Below, piece by piece: positions 1-10,507 of a stretch of DNA of 64,000 bases. The notes beneath the pieces are model-generated. The model did no database searches. It was not told where the DNA came from and saw nothing but the letters and a program-made list of their open reading frames with translations. The stretch is from Elsinoe ampelina (Eukaryota). Every line of letters begins with the position of its first letter. Position 1 is the stretch's first letter. The stretch covers positions 248,001-312,000 of the forward strand of contig ML992504.1 in the NCBI GenBank assembly GCA_010093995.1, given 5' to 3'. The position numbers and the translations under genes are program-made.

Positions 1-179
1 CCGCTTCAGTCTAAAGTGGAAACGTTTGCTTGACCTCATTCTTCACATCCTGCGGAGCAATCACATGTCTATCTGACAGTGATTTCTATCTTCACGGCAT
101 CTGCACCAACCATGCTGTGTCAGTGTGGCTGTATAAGCTTGACATCTTCAGTTTCCGACACCTGAACGCCCTGCTCGTC

Positions 180-1227
180 ATGGCATCGACGTCATTTGAG
201 CCTGGATGGAACTGGCCCGAAAATCTGCCTGGAAGCTTCACAGCGGACACGCCACGCTCAGCAGAGCCTGCAGAACAAGTCAAAGATGAAGCGTCATCTG
301 CTTCAAGCCAAGAATATACGAGGTCGGCAACATCCGAGAAGCCCTCAGCTTCGCACACATCCCCCGGTGGCGATACTGCAGGTCCGGACTCCAGCCAGCG
401 TAGGAGGACTCACTACGGTCCTCGTACTTGCAGAATCTGCTTGGAGACAGTGCTGCCAAAGTATGAGATGCCGGCTGAAAACTTGCCAGATTTTCTCCAA
501 GGCCGCCCGAACGTAGAGTATGTAAGTGAAGATGGTGGCCGCCTCATCAGACCCTGTCTCTGCAAGGGGAGCCAGAAGTATGTTCATGAAGGGTGTCTAT
601 CTCTCTGGAGGTTGCAGGACCCCAACAACAAGCGAAACTACTGGGAATGCCCGACATGCAAGTACAACTATCGTCTAGGTCGCATGACTTGGGCACACTG
701 GATTGGTAGCACTGCCGCGCAAGTCATGCTTACCATTCTGATATTCATATTCGCGACCTTTTTTCTCGGATATGTGGCGGATCCCATCATCAACCTCTAC
801 GTCGACCCTTGGACAACCGTGACGTCCGGCTTTGATGACCGGGACTACTACTACGAGGAGGACCCAAGCACTTGGTTCGAGCACTTCATCAAGGGCTTCG
901 CGTCTCTCGGTCTGCTTGGGTTCATGAAGTTCTTATTCACTGCGCCTTGGCAATGGCTCAACATGCGCGGCACCACGGTGTATGGAGGAGGACGGGCAGG
1001 GACTACAGGGAGAGATCGGATGCAGCAAATCAGCTGGTTTGCCGTCATTGTTGGTATCATCACTGTGTTATGGGTATGTGCTTCGGACCTCTTTCAAGGA
1101 CTATCACTCACGTTATCAGGCTGTTTGGAAAGGCGTCCGAGCATGGAGTCGTCGGACTCTGACCCGTGCTTCCGAGCGGGTGATGGATGTACCTGTATCT
1201 GGAGATGACGATGATGATGATGAGTAA
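180..1227 (+). CDS. RING-CH (RINGv/MARCH-type) membrane E3 ubiquitin ligase
   Basis: C4HC3 pattern CRIC...PCLCKGSQKYVHEGCLSLW...CPTC followed by hydrophobic segments. ATG at 180. Intron 1074-1119 (GTATGT..CAG) joins to AVWKGVRAWSRR...DDDDDE*. Confidence 0.85.
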
Positions 1228-1787
1228 ATGTACGATATCGCTGTTGGTCGTCCGGTCCGCCTTTCTGATCGTGCTGCACCTTTGCCACTATCCGACTCTC
1301 TCAACCGCATCTCTTAAGTTGCCACGACTTCAAGTCATTGTTGTGTCAATTAGTCTTTTTGCGGAGATCAACTTGGTAGGAGTGCCCAGTTGCAGTGACT
1401 TGCGTTTTGCAGGACACGGCTTACGCTGGGCTTCCATTACACCACTCGCGTCACATCTGCATACTGTCTCTATGACCTCGTCCTCGGATTTCTCCTTCGG
1501 ATGGCCCAAGTCCAGAGCTCTGCATTTGTGAAACAATCAGGACATTGTATTGTTGATGTGTGCTACCCGACAATGTGGCACTTGCCTGTCTTGTGCGTTG
1601 TCTCCGCTCCTTCCATCGAGTCATCTGTCAGATCCACGTGGTCTGTGTGACCTTGTGCGCCTGTGACATGTGAAACTCGCGATGCATTTTTTCCGCCACT
1701 TCACTGCTTCAATGAAGGTAGGCTGGTCTCACTCCTTTGCAACACTCACACCACAGCAAAGCAGGAGACTGCGCTTCGCGGTCAGCA

Positions 1788-3300
1788 ATGGCCATGCCGT
1801 CAAGCGACGAGTACCACGCACCAATCGATTCGCCAGCAGTCCAAGACCTGATCAGCAGAGTCCGTTCACAGCTTGATGTGGTCGCTGAGCCTGAAGCGCG
1901 ATCGACACTGAAAGAGGCGGTCAAATTGGTTATTCGACTTTCACTGCGACTGCTACCAAGAGAAGGCACATCTGCATCACAGAAAGAGCACATTGACAAT
2001 GGAACTGCCAAAAAACTGCTGATATCACTAGAAGAAATCGGAGAACAATTGCTCGTCGATGCTGCTGCTGCGCTGAGACAGACTTCAGAACCACTTGAGA
2101 AGACATTTTTACTGAATGAACGAATAGCACAAGGATCCAAGGCCATGCTTGGAGATTGGCGCACCATCATGAGGTGTGTCCTCAACCGCTCAGATTGACA
2201 TCACTCAGCTCACAAGTAATAGTGGACTGTCTCTACCGATCAGTGGATTGACCAAGACGATCCGACTTACCGGTGCCCTTTACAACCTCGCCCTGCTTCA
2301 ACCAGCCCTCGAACTGCTCGATGGGAATCCGAATCATCTTCTATCTACACTCAAGGTGTTCATCACTGACGCCGCTCACATCCTCACCCATGCCGCCTTT
2401 ATTTACCGCCAATCGGACAAGAACCGTCGTTTCATCTTCAAGTCTTTGACGTCTTGCACCACATCAAAAGAGCGCACCTTGATCCTCAAATCCTCCTCGG
2501 GCAGCTCTTCAAGCGACAGCCCCTCGAGTGCATCCAGCTTGATGCCTCGATCAGCTGCTACCAGCGACCCGCCAACCGCGACTGCGTTGACCCGCCCATA
2601 CCCAAATCCAGCCACTCCCCTTCTTTCCACATCCCGTTCAATGTCATTCTCCAGCAACATCAAAGTCCCCGAATCTATAACCGAGGCACGCTGCGAGCAA
2701 TATTCCTCTGCAGGACACGAGTGCGAAGCAGAAGGGTGCACCATGCTTTCTTCACCTTTCAGCCTATCCACGACAGCCCTTGATGATATCGCGCTGCTAG
2801 ACTCGGATCTGGCATCTGACGGATGGGAATGGACGGTGGAGACTCAGGATGTCACGATCGAGGAAAAAGTAGATGATGAGGATGCCCTGATGATGAAGCC
2901 TTCTCCTATTCAGGTCAGGAAGAGAGCCAAGGACAGCGGTAGTAAGGACGACAAGAAGAGCAAGAGTATTGAGAAGGAGACACAGACACAGCCTACGCAG
3001 GACTTGTTGACTGGGTCTTTCGAGGGAACGACGGAGGTCTTGGTCGAGGTCAGGCATGAGAGGATGAAGAGTCTCCAGCAATTGTCCGGGGAGAGTCCGT
3101 CGGGCCCGAAGGGAAAGAAGCTGCAGAGAGTGTGGAGCCTACCGGTTGGGACTGTACTGGGATCAGTGCCGGAGAGAAAGAGGCGACAGACGGAGGGAGC
3201 GATGAGTAGGGCAACAGATTTTGCTGAGGCGAACAAGAGCTTGCCTGCTCTGCCGACAAGCAGCAAGGTCGAATTGCCGCAGAGGACCAGCACATTCTGA
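1788..3300 (+). CDS. Hypothetical protein with helical N-terminus and Ser-rich/charged C-terminus
   Basis: ORFs 1737-2198 and 2176-3300 are joined in frame by intron 2174-2222 (GTGTGT..GCTCAC..TAG). No motif recognised. Confidence 0.6.
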
Positions 3301-3411
3301 CACCAGCACTCAGCGAAGTCACGAATACGACGACCATGTACAACCACGACACAGAACGACAAGCATGGATAGCAAGATACAATAACATGAAATGAAATCC
3401 GTAACTCATGA

Positions 3412-4092
3412 CTACCTCCCAGCCCATATTCCCGGCCCAACCCCGGCCAACATGCCCCCTCTACTCTCATTCACCGGCCTCTTAGCCACCCGTCCCTGAC
3501 TCCTCACCCCCTCGACCACCTTCTCCAACCCGGTCTCCACCACCACCCCACCGACAATCATCTCCCCCAAAACAGCATGCAGCGTCTCAAAATTAAAAAT
3601 CAAATCCAACTCGCAGACATTCTCAAACAAACGATCCAACGCTTCGACGAAGACTTGGATGAGATCCAGCAGGGCCAAGGGGGATTCGGTGTTGGTGGAG
3701 ATGAGGATAAAGTACAGCGTCGCGTAGTGCCGGTATGTGACGAGGGAAGGGAGGTCGTTTGTCTGGTCCGGCGAGGTGGAGGAGGGGGGAGGGGCGAGGA
3801 GGGGGGGGAGGGGGAGGAAGTTGCAGGCCGAGGAGGGGCGGGCGGAGACGAGGGTGAAGATTTCGGTGAGGAGGCGTTGTTGGACGGATGTATCCTAGAA
3901 GGGAAGGGGTTAGTGGTGGTGTTGGAGGAGAGGGCGGGTGGGTGGGACAGGGGTGGGGTGACGTTGCGGAGCCGTCGGGGAATGGGGCTGGTGAGGAGGA
4001 GGAGGAGGAGGAGGAGGACTCACGAGTTGGGTGTAGAATTTTGTCAGACGTGGTTGCCCGTTGTTGTTAAACACGAGCACGGCGTTGATCAT
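3412..4092 (-). CDS. APS3: AP-3 adaptor complex sigma subunit
   Basis: MINAVLVFNNNGQPRLTKFYTQL, intron 3895-4023, then DTSVQQRLL...YRHYATLYF...ESPLALLDLIQVFVEALDRLFENVCELDLIFNF. Confidence 0.92.
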
Positions 4093-5279
4093 TGTGCCTG
4101 TAGAGCGATGGTGCTTTGCTGTGTCTTTGCTGGCGGTGCAGCCTTGTCGCCGACTGAACTGGGGAGGATGGCCTTCTTCCCGAAGCTCTCAACGTAGCGG
4201 ACGACGGAGACGAGTGGACTGCAGAGGTTGCCGAGCTTGTAGACGACTTCGATGGAGCCCATGGTGATGGTGTCAGTATTGGAAGATGGGAAGGTGAGAA
4301 GGAAAGATTGCTTACTGATAAAACCAACCAGGACTGCAAGTCACACGTGCTCCTTGATTATGGGCTCGGGGATGTCGTCTACGGCCACTCAGGTGGCGTG
4401 TCTCGGGGATTGGCGACCTGCAAGGCGAGTGAAGTCGCCGGTCTTGTCAGCCTTTGGTCGCTTCGGGTGGGATCACCCGGATGTGAAACTCTCTTTTGAC
4501 ATGAAAAGCTTGGCACTGTGGGGTATCGAGCGAGAAGTGTGGGTGCCTGAGCTGAAATACTGTAAGTTAGCCGAGGGCCACTGCAGCAAACGCCACATTT
4601 GGACTTCTCTCTCCCCAACTCTACGCTCTTTCACCTCTTCGAATAATAACGCTTGATGATACTGAACAGTCACCACCGTTGCCGCGAGGTCAAGTATACG
4701 CGACTGCAAACGCACAAAGGCGCGTCCAGTCAGATCTCCTTCTCCAGCGACCTCCATTGCGAATGCCTTCAGAGCAACAGCAAAGCAGCTTTGGCAAGGT
4801 TCATTTCCAATTCGACTAATCTTGCTGCCGAGTCTGTGGTCGCCCCGTCGCGGAAGCACGCTACGTCCATACCACCATTGGAGATGGGTACATGGACGGT
4901 CCGAGTGGCGAGGAGGACCGGTGATAAGACGACGGCGACTAGTCCGTTGATGCGGGACTAGAGCGGGTCTGTTCACAGTGGTTTGTGAGATCAAAGGCGG
5001 GGGAGGCACGGTTTTTGTCGTGACGCTACCGCATGACGTTTCCTGTATGCATAATCAGGCAGCCATGCCAGGATAAGGCCTTCTCGGGCTGGTAGAAATT
5101 GACCATTGAGCCCTGCCGTGATGCCCTTGATAACCACGTATCATCATTCCGATAGTCAACCATTCCGAGACGGCTTGACAACTTAGAACACAGTATTCGG
5201 CTCGTGAGTAGTACATCGAGGCAGTATACGTCGGATGGCTGATCGGGCAGCAGCGCATATTGGGGTGGAGAAACAGAGT

Positions 5280-5489
5280 ATGTGTCAGAACATACACGCC
5301 CGTGTCAAGTACAAGTGTGGACACGAGGTGGAACAATTGCCCTTTGTTAGAGAGTGCGAGGAAGCCAGAGAGAAGGGCGAAACCTGCGATCCTTTGGAAG
5401 ACAATTACAGCATGGGCATGTCCACGAAGAAAGTCATATGCGACGACTGCGAAGCAGCAGAGGAAGAGGAAGGCGATGCAGAACAATAG
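5280..5489 (+). CDS. Small Cys-rich putative zinc-binding protein (MC..CGH..C..C..CxxC, acidic tail)
   Basis: MCQNIHARVKYKCGH...EC...TC...ICDDCEAAEEEE. This Cys spacing is typical of small uncharacterised fungal proteins. Confidence 0.55.
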   Translation: MCQNIHARVKYKCGHEVEQLPFVRECEEAREKGETCDPLEDNYSMGMSTKKVICDDCEAAEEEEGDAEQ

Positions 5490-5856
5490 CAGACTGAGGA
5501 GAATCATCGTCGGCTCGCGATGGCCAAGACACAGAACTTGTATCACCCAAGGCGAGTCAGGGATATTTATGCAGCTTGAAGTACACATCAAGCTATCTCA
5601 ATTCGGACAAAGCTATCCACCTTGTTGATACCTGTGATCGTCGCGCATATCTCGTGGCTAGAATGGTAAAGGTATGCCCCTTGGCTGAGATGATGAAATA
5701 CTGCAACTGTTCCCGCGGCAGTCAAGGACCAATCGCAGAGAAGCTTCTGGCTGGTGTGTAGCGTCAACTCAACGTGTCAAAAACTCTTCGCTGTCACTCA
5801 GCTCTCAATCGACCTTCCACACCCGAGACATACATGCACAAACCTGTCATGAGGAT

Positions 5857-6723
5857 ATGCCTGCAGCGCACAAAAGTACCTCGACAGTCTTCATCCGCCC
5901 TTTCCCATTCCTGTCCCCCAGCAGCCTCCTGGCTCACGGTTCGTGCGGTCACGTTTTCGCCATAGGCAACGCTCTGGTGTTCAAATGCGCATTCGCCGTG
6001 ACGAATCCTGCGCCGTCGCACGTGCGGCTGGCTGAAGAGAGCAGAAGACAGCTCGAGAACGAGAAGAAGATGTACAGACTTCTCCGGGACAGACCGCACG
6101 CCAACATCTTAGACTGCGCCCTCATCGTGGATGAGGGCATTTTCCTGGCCCGCATGCCCACCTCCCTCCAGCAACACGTCGACGCCACTGGTGCCGTTTC
6201 GGACGTCGACACCTGCCTCGTCTGGACCCATCAGATGGCCAGCGCCCTGGCGTGGCTCGAACTCCTCGGCTTCGCTCACGGCGATTTCCGCCCCGCCAAC
6301 ATCCTCCTTTCCGCCGACTGGCAGATCAAGGTCGGCGACTTTGACGCCGCCGTGCCCCTGGGCCACACTCTCACGGCCGCCACGGAGCCTTACTGTCGCC
6401 TCGGACCGCGTCTGAGGACGCCACAGGCCAGCGCCGCCACGGAGCAATTCGCCTTGGCCTCGTGCGTCTATTTCATGCGCTGGGGCCACGAAGTTTTCCA
6501 TGAGCTGGACCCGCCGACGAGGGTACGTAGCATCATGGAGGGTCACGTGCCAAGCACCGAACAGGACGTCACGTTCGGAGCCCTGATCAATCAATGTTGG
6601 AAGGGGGAGTTCTCGTCCATGGCTGAACTGCAGGCGCGGACCGTCGGGATGATTCAGAGAGGCGCACACGACTGCACCACCACCGCTAGCCCGTTGCTTC
6701 CAGTCCGGACGCAGCCGGCCTGA
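5857..6723 (+). CDS. Single-exon protein kinase-like protein (fungal lineage-expanded type)
   Basis: HGSCGHV Gly-loop, VFK lysine, catalytic loop HGDFRPANILL, and DFD in place of DFG. Confidence 0.8.
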   Translation: MPAAHKSTSTVFIRPFPFLSPSSLLAHGSCGHVFAIGNALVFKCAFAVTNPAPSHVRLAEESRRQLENEKKMYRLLRDRPHANILDCALIVDEGIFLARMPTSLQQHVDATGAVSDVDTCLVWTHQMASALAWLELLGFAHGDFRPANILLSADWQIKVGDFDAAVPLGHTLTAATEPYCRLGPRLRTPQASAATEQFALASCVYFMRWGHEVFHELDPPTRVRSIMEGHVPSTEQDVTFGALINQCWKGEFSSMAELQARTVGMIQRGAHDCTTTASPLLPVRTQPA

Positions 6724-7469
6724 GAGCGCTTCAATGGTCCTTGATGATTGTACCGACGACGCCCAGCACGACGGGAAGAACCTGCTTCTCATGTTTCTTC
6801 GACCGACCGGTTTGTTCGTAATGTTCGTCCTGTACACGTTCCGGGTCCATCCATATCAGTCCTGCTTAGCCCAGCGTGCCGCAACAGCAGTCACAGGTCT
6901 GCTACATTGTAGGAAACAGGGTATCCACGGTATCCACAACAGTCACCCAGCTCCAGCCAGCACAACACTATGTCGAGTGCCTTTCATTCAAACATCAACA
7001 GTGGATCGATCGAATTATACTAATCATGCTTTTTATCCACAACCGAAACAATCATTAGCATCAGCACTGCTCCGCTGGCTCATCCAATCTCCCTCTCGCA
7101 TGGAAATCAGTCGAAAAGCAGCAAGAACAAATCCAGATCGGGGTATCCTCCATGTCCGTGCCCATGCCCACATCCATATCCCCGCCATGCGTACCAGCGC
7201 CGTGCAAGTATCAAAGAAAAGTCGTAAGTCGTGTGGTAGCCTTGGCCCCGGCCAGCTCGTCGCTTCCAGCTCACTGGAGCGCCATCTCTGTCCTCTTTCG
7301 AGATCATGTAATGCAGTGTTTCTTTTCTTTCCTCCGGTAAGTCCTTCTCGAATCCATCTTGTTCCGTACGTCGCTTCTCAACATCCCTACTTGTCCGCCC
7401 GAACGACATCACCACCAGCAGCGGTCATTACCCACCAGATGTTGCCAGTCTGTCCCTTCTCCAACCAGT

Positions 7470-9834
7470 CTAAGCCACCGCCCTACCAACCCTTGCCTGT
7501 CTCATATCTCTATCCGCTCTGCGCCTTGGAGGAGCTTGATCCGCGTGCTCAACACGTCTCCTCCTCGATGGCGGCAGCAGCATCGCCTCTTCAGCGTCAT
7601 CGAAATCAAGGCCCACGGTGAAACGACGACGACGACGTGACTCTGTCCTATAGGTCATGCCCGCGTCTTCACGTAGCGCTGCACGCCGGGCTTCACGTCC
7701 CTGGTTACCACCGTCATCGGGACTCCTGGGGCCAAGTGGAGGGGTGAGATCGTCGGTGAGGTCGATGACACCCCTGACTGGGAATAGGAGCTCGTTGCGG
7801 TCGACTTCCATTCTTTCCTCGTCGTCGGTGACTAGATCGATGATCTCGATGTTCGCTTGTGCTGCTCCTGCTTGTGCATCCTCGGCTACTACTGGGACGT
7901 TGTTGTTCGGTAGGTCGGCTGGTGGAACGTCGCGGGGGGGACCATACTCGTCCAGCAGGGCTTGTGGTGCCCTTGGGACAACGATCTGAGGTATAGCGTG
8001 AAACACCTGAGGACGATTTGGTGCTCTGAGGGGAACAGGTCGGGCCGGAGGACCTTGTGGTCGTCCGAGGAGGGGATTTGCGAGAAGCTGGGGTAGTTCT
8101 CGGGGCAGTCGAAGTCCAGCGACTTGGCGGCGATGGGCACCTGCTGCATCGGCTGGCAACCAAGGGTCCAGAAGATTGTCCCGGGCATTTTGAGCAGGAG
8201 GCTGCAGCACATCTCTGGGTGCAGCAACTTGGATGGGTGCACGAGGCGCAAGACGATGCCTAGGAACAAAATGTGCATAGTGTGGACCAGGGGCGAATGC
8301 CATCCTAAGAGCTCGCGCTTGGTCAAGGTCCCGTGGAGGTCGCGGAATGGGAGCTGCGGGTACTGCTGCAGCGTTGCCGGGCAGTGCTGGCGCCATCTGG
8401 TTGCCATTTTGACGTGCCTCAAGTGCTGCCGCGCGATTGCGATCTTGGTTGCGAAGCTCTCGAGCACGATCCGGTCTTGCTGCTGGTAGATAGCCCGGGT
8501 TCGCAGCCGCGGGGGCATCGATGGGTCCAGCAGCGGCAGCCTCGCGCCTCGGTCGAAGTGCACCATGCCCAAAAACATCAAGAAGGTCATCCAGCCGTTC
8601 ATTCAAGGCGTCTAATCCATCCTCATCGTCATCCGCGTCCCCGGCACGCCTTCGAGCTCCCGCTTCTTCTACTTGTTCAGCTAGTCGCCGAGCTCGCATC
8701 TGAGCCTGTAGAGCCTGCAATTGTTGTCTTTGCTGGTGCATTCGTAGAAGGGCCATCTGATGTTGCCGTTGTCGATCAAGTTGTTGCTGATGCTGGACGT
8801 TGGGAACACCTGGGGGATGTGCATAGAGAATATTGCGCTCGTTCCAGACGGGACATCGACAGGTCTTCCATTCAACACCGCATGTGTAACAGAAGTGGAA
8901 CCCGCAGCGGCATCTAAAGAAGGTTAGCTTACTACTACATGTCGAAGTCTATATAAACTCACGTGATGTGATTGCAGCCGGTGTTGAGCTCCACCATAGT
9001 CCGGCATCGGCTGCACCTGCGCCAATTCTGTCCAGCCGCCATCTCCAGTACAGCTTGTGTAGCCTCATCTGCAGGACAATCTCCGTTATGATTTTCGCCC
9101 TTGCATGTCACACAAGTCTGTGCGGAACAGGTAGAGCAACGACCGATACCATTGACGATGAAGCGAGGCGCGATCCAGGCCGTACATGTGTTGACATGGC
9201 AGTACGTCTTGTCCTTTGTCTCCAGCTCCGGTAACTTGGCACTGTATTGTTGATAAACAGCGAAAGGAAGCACTCCCATGGCATGCTCGAGCGTGATTGG
9301 TTGACAACATCGAGGAGGAAAGGCGGATTCGTCCTTCATGGCATTCTGAAACATGGTCGAAAGGCATTCGCCGCAGTAATCGTGGTCGCATGCGAGATGT
9401 GCCAATTCGTTGGTGCTGTACTCATCGCTGCAGGAGACACATGGTTTCTTCTCGGCAGGAAGAGAAGTTCTTTTACTGCGACGAGGATTGCTGGGTCCTG
9501 GTTGTCCGTCGTCCGCCGGCGGATTAGGGGCGACCAGGTCAGCTTGAGTCCGGCGCCTCTGTGGGCGGGATCTGGTGGGAGCGGCGGCGGGCTCTGGTGC
9601 TGGCTGGCGGGGCAGCGCTACAGGTCGATCTGGAGCCTGTGGTTGGACTTCGTGGCGAGCATTCTCCTGGACCAGTTCTCTGATGCGAGTGACGATGTCC
9701 TGGATGAACAAATGGCGGGCAAATCGTGCGTCAGGATCTGGGTCGTGGTGATCTTGTTGTCGAAAGATGTTAAGCTGTAGGTGTAGAAAGTCCAGCTCCG
9801 CATTTCGAGGTAGAGGCGGAGCGAGGGCTGCCAT
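7470..9834 (-). CDS. RBR (RING1-IBR-RING2) E3 ubiquitin ligase, copy 1, with long disordered C-tail
   Basis: CVSC..CDHDYCGEC..FPPRCC; IBR YCHVNTC..CSTC..TCVTCK..H..DC; RING2 CSRC..TGCNHIT. Intron 8914-8962, then CRCGFHFCYTCGVEWKTCRC, continuing in frame into ORF 7470-8756. Confidence 0.9.
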
Positions 9835-10174
9835 GAGGGCAATGACCGGGCCCAGCCCAGCTGAATTGATGGGTGGAGTATTTGACTGAGAGGTGGTGAG
9901 TGGAAGATGAAGGAGACAAGTTCAGCTTTTGTAGGAAGAAGGCGTCGCGTTTGGTCGGCTCATCCGCGGACTTTTGCCTTTTGTGTCACGACGGCCTTCT
10001 GCACGTGGATCGTCAAGAGAGTTTGGATGACAGATTGAGAGACAGACGAGCCACCTGCGCCTGTTCCTCTCAGCTGTAGCCGCGCGCGACCAGTGTTTGG
10101 CGCACAGTCGACGACGATGTGCAGCAATTGAAGAGCTGATGAGGATGTTGGAACGAGTGGAACGAACTGTCCCA

Positions 10175-10247
10175 GGGTTCGCTTTCGCAAACTCGCTTTT
10201 GCAGGGTTCGCTTTTGCAGGGCTCGCTTTCGCACCTGCAAAACGAGC
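10175..10247. repeat. Four direct ~15-bp repeats (GGGTTCGCTTTYGCA) plus one inverted partial copy
   Basis: Units start at 10175, 10190, 10204 and 10219. CCTGCAAAACGAGC at 10234 is an inverted copy. Confidence 0.75.
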
Positions 10248-10507
10248 TTCACAGACTTGATTGTCTGTTTATAAATCAAGCATGTGCAAAAACAACTAAG
10301 ATTGTAGATAATATTGCAACATATCTTCCGTTGTGCTTGAAATTCACCTCATCAAAAGACAGTTTCTATCACGCTCAAGTAGCACTATTCCACTCTCATT
10401 CGTCATCTAATTCAAGCATCAGGCCAGCCAATTTGCACAATATTCCAATAATGTCCATGCAATATTGCATTGTTACATGATCTATTCTACAAGCCATTGT
10501 CACCCGC

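Noticed and set aside
4252..5009. Short ORFs with possible splice signals upstream of APS3
   Set aside because: No consistent gene model or recognisable motif.
6734..7469. ORFs 6734-7621 (+) and 7107-7415 (-)
   Set aside because: No motifs. Likely convergent 3' UTR or intergenic sequence.
10175..10247. CRISPR-like array
   Set aside because: The repeats are contiguous with no spacers, and the context is eukaryotic.
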